Source: Dicyema japonicum
Lineage: Eukaryota > Animalia > Dicyemida
Reading direction: 5' to 3'
DNA: 64,000 bases
NCBI GenBank assembly: GCA_011109175.1
Contig: RDEW01000008.1
Span: 880,476-944,475, forward strand
Each line of letters opens with the position of its first letter. Position 1 is the first letter of the stretch. Below are positions 23,963 through 35,700 of this stretch, one piece after another. The translations under genes were made by a program, and so were the position numbers. The notes under the pieces were generated by a model, which worked only from the letters and a program-made list of their open reading frames with translations, had not been told where the DNA came from and ran no database searches.

Positions 23963-24777
23963 ATGGTCAGCTCAACAAACCAAAGGGAATATTATAAAAC
24001 TCGAGCTAAATTATACGACCACTTGGATTTATTCAATGAAATGGCCCAAGCTATGAAAAACATGGTTAAGGTCGACACAAACGCGAGGCTCTCTGACGAA
24101 GAGAGAAACATGCTTTCTATTGCTTACAAAAACTCCGTGGACCCTAATCGTTCGTCTTATCGGCATTTGAGGATCCTCAAATCAGAATCACCGGACGATA
24201 TGACCATCAATGTTGTCGAAGACCTCATCAAATATCAGGAAGAACAGATCGTCTCAAAATGCAACGATTTGCTGGTTTTCCTAGTCATAAATTTAATTTG
24301 AGCAAATTTTGTTATTTTTAGGAAATTGTAAAGTCCCTGCTTGTCAACGACCAAATCTCTGACGAAAGCCGAGTCATTTACTGCAAAATGGTGGGGGACT
24401 TCCAAAGGTACAAGGCTGAGCTCGATACCCCCGAAAGGGACGGTTTTCAACGGTTTTAATTGTAGCCATCATCAAGGAGGCTAAAGAAGCCTATGACCGG
24501 GCCTCGAGTCTTGCCGAGGCGTCTTTACCAGCCAAAAATGTGGCCCGTCTTGGAAACGCCTTGAATTACTCGGTCTTTAACTACGAGATCTGCAAAAACG
24601 CTAAAGTCGCCATAGAGATGGCCGAAAGAGTCATTTTGGAGGCTGATGGATGTGATTCTGAGGAGGAGAGCTCAGATGTGTCGGTTATGATGAATCAGCT
24701 TGCAGACAATATCGCTGTAATCAGTGTAGTCATCTTAGATGTGGAAGGCTGACCTCAAGGAGGAAGCCGAGAAATGA
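23963..24777 (+). CDS. 14-3-3: 14-3-3 family protein, divergent (240 aa). Exons 23963-24274, 24322-24442, 24466-24716, 24739-24777
   Basis: Hallmark motifs LSDEERNMLSIAYKN, KMVGDFQRYKAE, RLGNALNYSVFNYE and QLADNIAMW. Three GT-AG introns (47, 23, 22 nt) restore one 723-nt frame ending in TGA. Confidence 0.95.
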
Positions 24778-27142
24778 AATGTTGAATCATTTATAAATTA
24801 CTAATTTAGCTTGCTTTAATAAATTGGATTTTATTTTCGATTAATTAGCTAATTGTTGCTATGTCACGTGTTATTTGAATGAGGTTTTACTGTGATCACT
24901 TTCAAATTCTCAGTGTGCCCTTGAAGTTATTTTGGCTGTAAGTTTGCTTTGATCTACCGAATTCAAGAGACTTAGTTTTGCTTAATGATCTGTAAATGAC
25001 GTAATATGGTCACATGGGTGGTTAGATTAAATGGGAGAGATCTCCCACTGCGTAAGGATCCTCTTAGAAGAAAGGGTAGCAGGTATGTTAACCAGAGGAG
25101 TTTCTGATTGAATATTGAAGAATTTATATTGACATTTTATAAGGGATCACGTGGATGGGAAGAGTCATTGAAGACGTAGTTTTTCAGAGAGAATATCTAA
25201 GAAAAATAGTGAGAACGATTAAAGTCATCGTATGAGTTTTATTTAGCCCAGTCCCTCAGGTGAAGAAGACCGGGGGGTCAGCAAAGGCGTAAAAACCATA
25301 GGCGTCCCCAAAAGATCTTATAAGATGATCTGGTGTGGTTTGGAACTTGAAGGCAGGCCAGTACATGAGGGGAGAGGTCCGTCTTATGGTCGCCGAGACA
25401 ACCAAAAGGCCAAAGCGACGAGCTCGACTGCCCGACATTGTGCATGTAGTCCTAACCAACGTAATGACCACAGCGGAGGCGCAGTGGATGCGAACTGCCC
25501 GAGGTAGAGAAGATTCACTTCAAGTCCTGTTCATGAGATAGATTTTTGTAAAAGTTTCTGAAAGTGCTTAAATTCCGCAAGATTTTTATTATCAGTTACT
25601 TTAGCATCACTAAATAACCACGTGGGAGTATTTAAATTTGATTCTCTGGTTACACAGTAAAATTTCCTTAACTCACTCACATAGAAGAGTCACTTAAATG
25701 ACACGTGGATAGGATTCTGTCACGTGGATAGCCACTTGAAATGGCACGTGGGAAGGATTCTCTTTGTATGGTGGCGAATCTCTTTGAGGGGAGAGTTTGG
25801 TGCTTATCGGTTTACCAGAATAATCCACAGGAACTGATATTTTGAGTGGAAAACACACTGGGATACATTTTACTAGGGAAATACTCAAATCCAACGCATA
25901 TTCGTTGAATGTATACTCGAATATATTGAATTTTTGGTCATAGTTACAAAGCAGTCATTAGTGAGTGAACATAGAAGTTATTTTGTCGTCAAAGATAATA
26001 AATATGACGTCATATATTAATCTCAACAGGATTGTGTTAGTATCTTAAATGGGATTATCAAAAATACTAGTTTTTACTGACTGAATTAATAACTGTATAA
26101 TCCCCTTTCTCGCGCTTATCCAGCAGGGTCAATGAGCTACTTCCAATGACTCCCAAGGTTTTGATTGCGTCCAGTTCAAAAATTAGCTGTCATCCGAGAC
26201 TTTCGTAAATCTTTTCTAAGAGTCACTGCCCTTTTTGAAGCTGATCCTGGGTGAGTTTCCGTCACTGCAATGTTGTGGGAAAGAAACCATCCAACAACTA
26301 AATGGAAGAAGCTATTTTTCCGTGTATATTTCAAAATGAGAGTTTTCGACTAGCAAATCACTTACCGGGGTAAATTTCCACGCAGAAGGCCCTAGAAGAC
26401 TAATTCCTTAGGCAATTTTACCAGAATGATGCCTGACCGACTTTGATCGGAAAAGATCAAAGGAGACAGAATATTAACCACTTTTTCTGGAATAGCCAAG
26501 GTTAATTCGACTTACAAATGACTGATCTAACTCAAACCGAGGGATTGTAAAGTGGACGAATTTTTTTAGCACATAAATATCACCAAAGATAGGAATAGCA
26601 AACTAATGGTTGAGGAAGAGTGTACTGGAGTAGGGAAAAGGGGGATCTTTTTTGTATGCCGGCCAGTCACTAGGCGTCTCTTTGGCAGGTAATCACTTGC
26701 GCCTTTGGAAATTGAAATGTTAAGAGCAGAATTGAGTTTTTTAATCGATTGGGGATGATGTCACGAATGTTATTTCAAAAACTTAGATTGAATTATCAGC
26801 CATAAAACTGATTGATAAGATAAAGTCGATTTTTAGCAATAAATTTAAAATTTAATATAAAAAATCACCTGATAGCTAGTGGTTGAGATGTCATAGTGGT
26901 CCTGCTACTTCGTCCAAGATAATCCAGTTCTCTCTGTAGTACCAACCCGAGTTCAGCCATCTGTTAACGTTAGCAGGTAAGCATTTGGAGAACCCTACAG
27001 GGGAATATACAATTGGAAGGGAAATAAAATAACCCTTTGGCGCAATACCCTACCTGGCCTCTCCTGAAACAGGTAAATGATGTCACCCTAAAACACGAAG
27101 AACATAGAAAATTAACGAATTGACTCTTCAATTATGAAACGT

Positions 27143-27270
27143 GGCGTCATGTGGTTCACCTTTTGTGCTGGCTCTCAGTATAGTAATACAAAAAAGAACC
27201 ATTTGCTCTTTCCCATCCAGACTCCTTATGCCTGGATGGTATACCTCAACTGGACTCTTCTCGAGAAACA
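27143..27270 (+). mobile_element. SINE-B partial, diverged
   Basis: GTGGCGTCATGTGGTTCACC...AAAAAGAACCATTTGCTCTTTCCC. Confidence 0.45.
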
Positions 27271-27359
27271 AAATTACTTAATTTTTTTAAATAAATTAAA
27301 TTTTTTTATCATTTTTAATTTAATTTTTTAATTGACTAAGCATGGAATTTTACCCGTTA

Positions 27360-27930
27360 GTTTTTGATTTGGTGGACTAGGAATCCCCACACCAAAGGAT
27401 CTATCTTTCTTCCTTGTGCTCCAGTCAGCTGTTGATCGAGGTGATTCTCCAACTCCCAACATAATCGTCGGAGATCAGAGATATGGAGCATCTGAGAGTC
27501 AAATTTCTGAACAGAAAGACCGTTACAGGTCCATCTGCGAAGATAAATATGAGAGGTTTCTGAAGCAATCAAGCCAACACCGACGTACCTGTCTAATAAC
27601 TGGAAGATGCGAATGGAGTGTTCGTTTGGATCAGTGTCCTCCAGTTTGAGTAGATACTGTCGACTGTATCTCCATCAAACTTGGATTGAAGATTTTCCAG
27701 TCTCACTTGCCGAAAAGTGCAGGACGATTCCAGACATAACCGATTAACGGAATTGTTAAGCGAGCCCTGAAGTCTGTTGGACACCCCTCAATATTTGAAC
27801 CTGTTGTCCTGGACAGAGAGACGGAATACGGCTCGACGGAATCACAATGACGCACGTAGGACTCGTGGCTTCTCCAGTTGATCTCTGCTGCGATCGTGAG
27901 AGGCAATGCAACGTAGATTATGTCGTCGGG
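27360..27930 (+). mobile_element. CRE-clade fragment with internal deletions
   Basis: FGGLGIPTPKDL...CRKSAGRF...VKRALKSVGHP..EPVVLDR...ISAAIVRGN; DNA similar to 12030-12640. Confidence 0.75.
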
Positions 27931-29159
27931 GATCATTTTTGTGTTTATGATAATTTTTTTAATTAAAAGTGATCATTTAAAGAGCACTTAATTTAGAGAG
28001 CTTGAATAATTAGACCTCTGACATAGCTATCGAGACTTTCTCGAGGGCATCCAGTTTCACGTAAATCCTTGGTGACCCTCTGGACCATTAAGCCACGTGT
28101 TTGAGTTTTTTCTTTCGAAAAAGTTCGTCAATAAATTTTATTGATTTCTCGCCCATTTTCTGAACATGAAGCTTTGATATGGGATTCAATGGACACTTCA
28201 CCGATAGTTCTACTTAGCGAATCGCTTGCCTGTGTTGCACAAAGTGGAGAAACACACCTCATTTTATCTCTACATGTAGTGGTAAAGGTACCACCACATT
28301 GAGTTACCAAATCATCTACAGTTCCGAGAAGGATCACTGAGAAGTCGAATATTGAATGCAACAGCTAAAATACTTTTTATCTAAACTCCGAGACTTTTTG
28401 TTTTTGTTAACCCGCGTTCGCTAACATGTAAGAGACAAGTGCTTCAGAGTTCCCCCACATTTACGTAGAGTCCTTGTTGTCCAAAGCAAGAAAAAAATCC
28501 TCTCTCCATCAAAAACTTGAATTAGTTCACACGTAGGCGTATTAGTTCTACCCTGGCAGCCAAATTTTTAAGAAAAAAGCCAGAATCTCACAAGAGAATT
28601 CAAGAAAAACGGAGGAAACTACAGGAACCAAGGTTGCTAATAAACCCATAATACTGCCCATTAAAAGTGTTACAAGTCTAGGTGGGTTACTTTGAGGTCG
28701 CCTTTCTCCATACTATTATGAATGACACAATCAATACAGTTTTTGGAACCTCTCGCAGATTATCTTAGGCAGAACAACCAACCCATCCATATTATGTTCG
28801 GGGTGCCTTTTTTTGGCTTGATTCCACTTCTCTTCAGCCTCCTTCTCAGAATAGTTTGAATTTTTAATAAAAAAGTCACGTGTAGGACCGCGGAATATTA
28901 TGTCATCACGTGGCAGTTCTTCAGTGCAAATAGCTAGTTTATGTTTTTGTTAATATTTCCTCTTGGCTGAAGTCTTTCTTATTCTGATTTGACGACTAAA
29001 TACTATACAATAATACAACTGCTGGTAAATCACCCATAAAGTTTATGTCAACAAAAACTTTTATTTAAATAAATTTTTTAACTTTAAAAAAGTTTATTTT
29101 TTTAATAATATTTAAAAAAATATGGTTGATGGCTGGTTGACATCCTCGTAAATTTAATT

Positions 29160-29400
29160 TATTAACCCCGGATTCACTGAGAAAGAAGTTAAAATAAACA
29201 ACTAGTTAAGTGAACTCCAATTTCCACTGTACAGAAACAGAGCCACCCGGAACCAGCATAATAGGTAAAAGACTTATATTGTGTTGTGGAATCCTCTCCA
29301 ATGGAGTGGGGAGAGCAAATATCCTTTTTCATGCCAGCTTATTACTGGGCGTCACCTGAGAAGGAGGAGGAACATTAGAAGTAGCCACATATCACCACGC
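29160..29400 (-). mobile_element. SINE-B copy (diverged, deleted)
   Basis: The reverse complement contains GGTGACGCCCAG...GGCATGAAAAAGGATATTTGCTCTCCCCACTCC and the CCGGGGTTAATAAAT tail. Confidence 0.7.
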
Positions 29401-29633
29401 TAACGTCGTCACCACATTTAGGAGATGAAACATCAAGTTCACTAGAGCTATACCATATTCCATGGGTGGCACCTTTTGGCCAAAGAACCATTTTTTTTGT
29501 TTTTTGGCAATTAAAAAAATAAAAGAGCCACTTTTTAAAATAATAAAACATAACAAAATTATATTTAATTGGCTCTGCATTTCCTCGCCAATAGTGTTAT
29601 GTCTGTATCGTAATTTGTCATTTTTAACTAAAG

Positions 29634-30010
29634 TCAAGATTCCAAATTTGCATCAGTAATTTGACTCCTTAATTTTGATTTGACAAATTCACACGCGAAA
29701 ACGCTTGCTAGCACAAATAAGTAGACCCGAATATCGTGAGGACGATATGATATGAATCTGGTTTCCATGTATTCAAGTATGACACCGACAATGTACTCTC
29801 CACTTGTTTGACCCTTTAGCGGAAATAATGCAAAGTTCTTCTCTAAGAAAGTCTCGAGAAACATAAAGTATTAATAGAGACACCTAGTATAACATTAAGT
29901 TCACAAAAACCTGAGTCGTATCCTTAATGTCACATGACTCAGCCACTCCCATCGAAATTGCATTTTAGGGTCATCAACTTTCTGCATCGTCACATTCCAA
30001 GACAACTAAT
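29634..30010 (-). pseudogene. Retroviral-type integrase remnant (Gypsy/Ginger-like)
   Basis: NFALFPLKGQTSGE resembles the FxxxxPLKxKT motif of integrase cores; heavily decayed. Confidence 0.35.
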
Positions 30011-30948
30011 CTATTCGCAATTGTTTTTGCGGATAACGGTGTATTTTTAATTTGATTTAAAATATCTGTTTTATTCGTAAAATTTTGAATAGTTGACAAT
30101 TTTAGAAAACAGGATTTGATGTATTTACCATCTGCGAATGGTTTTCACATTTTTGTAATCTCATGACTGACGATAAAGCTTCTAAATTAGTAGTCCTGGC
30201 AGACTGCTTCCAATAATGCTGAACTTACAATTTTTATATTACAATATTTGTTTCCCGTGTTCAAGAAGGGGAACTATAGACAACATCTATATTGAGAAGA
30301 AGACATTGAGTCTACTGCAGCTACAGCGCAACGACTACGTCAACCGCTCAAACGTCGACCCATTAACCACCAAGCCGACCGGTCTTAAGGCAATTATGTC
30401 ATTTCGAGAAGAGCCGATTTCTGTTTTTTCTACAAATTAATCTACGAAAGCCGTTATAGAGTGATACCCACCCCCATGATAGTTATTCCCCCGGTAACTC
30501 ATCATAACCCACAATACGTCAATATATGATGATTGAGGTTTCAACTTTATTGTTACTTTTACATTCTTGACACAGCTTCCACTTAATAAGGCAGTAACTT
30601 TGGAGAGTCCGTAGAGGTCACAGAAGAAATGTCAACCTACTCTAGAAATAAGGAAATTGCTTACTGCATCAATCATCAAACAAGAAGAATCCTCCAACGG
30701 AACGCCCATACTCAGTAATGGAAGCGATAATCTGAGGTACAACTTGAAGATACAGACTGTGTAAGGGAACGGACTTTTTACAATGATCTTCTGCACACTC
30801 AACTTCGAAGTTGTTTAAGTCTTCTGGTTGTTTGTCATGAAATAAAGGAATCAGCAAGGAAGACCTGAATCCAGCTTTTATGCATACCCAACAAAATCCA
30901 AAATAATGACCAATCTTTAAAATAAAAACGATATTTTATACTTAATTT

Positions 30949-31275
30949 GTTAACCCAGGATACACCGAGAATGAAGTTAAAGTGAACAACTAATTAAGTG
31001 TATCCAGTTTCCACTTGTACAGAAACAGTCCATCCGGAATCAACATAAAGGGAAAAAGACGTCCATAGCTGCAGTTGTGGAAACCCCTCCAGTGAAGTGG
31101 GGGAGAGCAAATGATCCTTTTTCGTGCCAGCCAGACACTGGGCGCCATCTAGACAGGTGGATCACATGAAGCCATTCTAATAAGAAGAGAAAGAGGAGGA
31201 ACAGACATACAAGCAGAAAACTTCAACCAACTAGCCACGCAGCACTACATGTCGCCACGCGGCGAATTCAAAAAA
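30949..31275 (-). mobile_element. SINE-B full-length copy (327 bp) with an 18-bp TSD
   Basis: The direct repeat ATATTTTATACTTAATTT at 30931-30948 and 31276-31293 brackets the element. Confidence 0.92.
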
Positions 31276-32440
31276 ATATTTTATACTTAATTTAACGATC
31301 GTTTGGAATTTAAGAATACAACAACATAAGAAAAATTAATTTTAAAATTTATGAAATATATAAATAATTTTTTAAAGAAAAAATATCTATTTGATTTGAA
31401 AGTGGAAGCAACATAATAAACATAATTTTAATCAAGTGAGCTTAATGGCCACACTATTTCCCCTGACAATAGAGATCCAGTCAAGAGCAATAAAATTAGT
31501 GAGAAAAATATACAGATAAAAAAATTGTCCCCAGAGTACTCGAGTCTATCATAGAGGCAACTGGAGGCAATTTCAGAAGAAGAAAGGAAAATGACCACCG
31601 TCCGTATAGAAAATGCGTGGGATCACGGTCGGAGCATCGAGAAAAAATGGCCCGATTATGAGAGATGCCGGGATCACCTGAATATTAGTTATTGGTTAAG
31701 ACGGTGTTTCTTTGGCTTAAATCATAATAATAAAAATAATTAAGCCATCCAACCACACGTAGATCCTTGGTGATCTGTAGGACCAAACGGACTAGGTTGT
31801 CCGTTTATGAGACAAGGATTCCTGACATCTCAACTACAATCGGGACTAGAATACCTTGTTACAAACTATTTTGATATCCATGACAACCAAACTCTACAAG
31901 AACAATATGGTTTGCATAAACAGTTATTTTGAGATCTCCGAATGACTTTAATCAAAAAGGGAACTCTGTTTCTTTCGCCTTTGAAGTGAACTATCAGATC
32001 GAACCCATTGGTCAGCAATAGTAGTTTTTAAGGCTTTTAAGCACCACAAGAAGAACAATTCTTATATAAGATGGACGGCATGGAAGGGGGTGAAACGATA
32101 AAATGACACTGAAAACTCACTGTGTCGTTGATGAAAAAATACTGGGATCACATAACTAGTATGGGTGACATCTTTCCTTCTGTTCTTAGGGTTAAGCAGG
32201 AAATTCCTGTGATTATAGTGGAATGAAAAGATGTCTGGATAATAGTTGAACTGTAGAGAAAAATATAATTCATTATAATAAATTTAATGTTTTGAAAAAT
32301 ATATTAAAATACAAAAAATAAATATAAATAATACGAAAATTAAAATAAATTAAAATACCTGATTTTAAAAGCATTATTTAGGCAGCAATATTTCGACAAT
32401 ATAATTAAAATTGCCGCAGAACCTCATTTCAATAATTTTC

Positions 32441-32582
32441 ACTTACCTGGTCGTGGTCTACTGTTATCACTCAGGCAGTGGGTCTATTGGATTGCCACCT
32501 ATTGCACTGCGGGTCGCTTTCCAGTAAGGTCGGTTCCATACGGGCTGTCCTACGGCATATTTTTTCCGTGTGCTTTTGCGCA
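32441..32582 (+). ncRNA. U1: U1 spliceosomal snRNA
   Basis: 5' ACTTACCTG; helix H GTCGT/ACGGC; SL1 with loop TATCACTCAG (U1-70K-type ATCAC); SL2 with loop ATTGCACTGC (U1A site); SL3; Sm-like ATTTTTT; terminal hairpin TGTGC-TTTT-GCGCA. Confidence 0.9.
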
Positions 32583-32879
32583 TTTTCTTATTATTGACAG
32601 TTTTTAACTTTTTTTAAAGAATAAAAAGTGATTTCTGTCAACTCGGAGAGGTTACAAAAGGAACAGTTAACATCATTCACATTATCCGGTTTACGTACGT
32701 CGGTAGAGACGGGTGGTGCCCAGATCGTAGACGAGCTAGGTTTACCCGTATGTCCATTGGAAAGGAGGATTCTGATTGGTCGATTGGAGGAGGGTGCAGG
32801 CGTTAAATGTGTCGGGGTAAATATAACAAAAAATAAGCTTGATTTAACTTAAAGTATATATTACACGTCTCACGTCTTC

Positions 32880-33322
32880 TCCCAAACGGTGTCCACCAAG
32901 GATTTCCTTTATCCACGCCTTATTCAATTTATATCTGGTATACCTCCCGACACCGGAATCCAATAACGATGTTCTACTCACATATGCGGACGACATTGTT
33001 TTGGCCTCGCGTGATCGGGATATCCAAATGCTACAGAAAGATTACAAATTAACCTGGACCGACTTAACGCCTGGGTAATGAAGAACCGACTTACGGTAAA
33101 TTCCAGAAATTCGGTCACGTCTATGTTTACTTCGGACAAAAGGTTGGGGAAGATGACTGTCAAGCTAAAATTGGACAACATTGAAATCCCCTTTACCAAA
33201 TGTCAGAAGATCCTGGGCGTGGAACTGGATACACACTTATTTTTGTAACCACACGTGGCAAACATTGTTCTGAAGTGCGAGAAGAGGATTAACGTATTAA
33301 AATGTTTATCTGGAATATGGAA
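32880..33322 (+). mobile_element. LINE reverse transcriptase fragment (I/jockey-like)
   Basis: NGV.QG..LS..LFNLY, YADDIVL, KILGVELDTHL, KRINVLKCLSG. Confidence 0.75.
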
Positions 33323-33324
33323 GA

Positions 33325-33960
33325 CAGGTACCCACCCGGTCTTGAGTTCCGAAAAACATTCCGATGTGAATGCGCCCCGAACCAATACGTTCCATTTTTC
33401 GAATTTCACTGTTGTGGTAACATTTTTGTTTAAAAGCCTTTCTCCCATCTTTCTCCAGACAAATCTTCGTCCATCGGGATTAAATAGATTAAATTTCGAT
33501 TCATGACTAAAGATAACTCGATTCCAGAACATATTTGCTAACATGTTCCACTTTGTGCACTGAGAAAGTCTCGTCGTTTTGTGTTTTTTCGATAGATATG
33601 GCCTTTTCGTAGGCTGAAACGTCGATATAGTCAGTTTTTTTCAGGTAGTTCCTCACTGTCTGTGATGTGATAACAGTTCACGTTTCAGAACGTAAAATTT
33701 CCGAACATTTTAAAGAATTGAAATTAACATCACTTTTTTGTTCACCTTTAATTATTTCGAGATCATCAGAGTTAAGGGAAAATCTTCGCCCTGAGCCTTT
33801 TTTTCTCTCGAAGGAATCATTCATGGTGAAATTTTTAATGACTCTCGAGATAGCACTGAGGGATCTTTCGGTAAGATTTCGAATTTGTCGATATGACGTT
33901 CCAACTTTATAATAAGCAATAATTTCTCCTTTTTCTTGCTATGTAACTTGTAGAACCATG
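33325..33960 (-). pseudogene. Tc1-like transposase remnant
   Basis: EKGEIIAYYKVGTSYRQI (HTH) and WNRVIFSHESKFNLFNPDGRRFVWRKMGERL...TTVKF; the first catalytic D is replaced by H. Confidence 0.8.
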
Positions 33961-34561
33961 TAACAAAAAACAACACGTGTAATAAAATAAAAATGGGTTC
34001 AAAAAACTTTGGAAAAATAGAGAATTTTTATTTGTTCTCTTTTATTTTGTTCGGAAAAAACTGGATTCAATTACATACCAAAATATAGGGCGTTTTAATT
34101 TTTTTAAAAGGCTAAAGTTAAGTTTGTATTTTTAAAATTCAATTTTTGTAAAAAAATTAATCATTCAATAGAAAAAAATACGAAGAAAATAAGTGTTCCG
34201 TTTTTTATGTATTTTTATTCATTGAATTACTTGAACAGGATATTCCTACAAGGATAAAATTGAGCACGTTCTTTTTAAATTTAATTCAAAATAATTTCAA
34301 AAAATATAATTTAAAATAGACTAATATAAATTACTAAAGATTTTTATGCGGACCCAAGTGCTCTCGTCAATACCAACAGAAAATGTAATGAATGAACTGA
34401 TTTTTGACTTGGTTGATTATGCAAATCTGTGGAAAGATCCGAAATTCTATTCGCCACAGAATTTCTTGTCAAGCTAATAAACCTGTAAAGCTAATAACTG
34501 CCGAATGTTTGATTCTTTAATATTTTAAAACAAATTTATTTAAACAAAAAAAATTAAGTGT

Positions 34562-35110
34562 CTATTTTTTGAGTCTTGAGACATGTATGCCTTTTAGTTC
34601 CGTCCCATCTTCAGATCGGATTTTGCATACTTCGTGTATGGCTTCAATGATCAAATATTTCTTCTCCAAAATTTGGTCAGAGTACATATCGTCTATTTTT
34701 TGAATTGCATATTCATCTTGACTCAGGAGTATATAGTCCCCCACGTTAATAATTTCTTCATAGAGCTTCCATTTTCGACGTTCTTCCATTATTAAGCCTG
34801 CGCATTGTAGCATGACGTAGGCTTCTTTCCTTGCTTCTTCTAGTTCGTCAAAATTACATCCGAGCAGAAATTGTAGATGATCATTAGGCACACCGTTCGA
34901 TTGATTAACAACACCCATGAAAAGATAAAATGGTACTGCTTTCGTGCTTTGAGATGAGTCGATCACAACAAAAATCTGTAAATAAAATCATTCCCCATGA
35001 ATTATTTTCGTTTTTTTTCAGCATCTCGAAATTTCCTGGAATGGATAGGAGTAATCGCGGGCTTAGTAACCATTAGTTTCTTCAACTTACAGTGGACAAC
35101 AACTTTGCCG
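34562..35110 (-). CDS. Orphan host gene or pseudogene; a 137-codon last exon plus short upstream exons
   Basis: Long open last exon (IFVVIDSSQSTKAVPFYLFMG...) begins after TTACAG at 34976. A 29-nt GTAAGT-AG intron lies at 35062-35090. Joining them needs a 1-nt correction and a GG donor. Confidence 0.45.
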
Positions 35111-35381
35111 ACCTCAAGTCTCGAAATTGTTAACATTTTTTGCCAAAAATCTGATTTTCATTCTTTGTTTAGGCTTAATATCGCTCGGCAATTCATCTTG
35201 CGACTAAAATATCTTAATTTTGTTAAGTTCTTCTGTTGTCAGTTTATATAAACCCACAAGAATGATTTATGATTAATTATTTTTCAAATAGAATATTTTT
35301 TAGTTTGTTTTTATAACAATTCTAATAAACTTCCCCTATTTATTTTGTGTAAATATTTTTTTGGGAATAAGCTAGACATTC

Positions 35382-35700
35382 CCGGGTGGCATAGTGGTTA
35401 GGTGTCGGGCTTAAGTGACTTATGTTGCGGGTTCGATTCTCGCTGCTGTTCACCTGGTGGAAAGTTCCACGCATCTACGATGCCAAAAGGGTTTGACGAG
35501 TGACGCCGTCATCAGTGGATACTCACTGCGGTACTGGATTGTCTAGAAAGGTCCACACACAAGAAAAAGAAAAAAAAGTGAAGATCATTCCTTGGTTCTA
35601 AGATTAGTTAAAATTAACTGTTCTTTACTTAAATAAAGTGTGTGTCCTGCCTATGCGTAGCTATAAATATTATGGCTCTCGTGAAAAGGCTATTAAAAAA
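35382..35700 (+). mobile_element. SINE-A full-length tRNA-derived SINE with a 13-bp TSD
   Basis: A box TGGCATAGTGG, B box GGTTCGATTC. TSD AAGCTAGACATTC at 35369-35381 and 35701-35713. Confidence 0.92.

Noticed and set aside
25256-25541. GC-richer island with three overlapping ORFs
   Set aside because: No recognisable protein motif or RNA structure; probably a decayed retroelement fragment.
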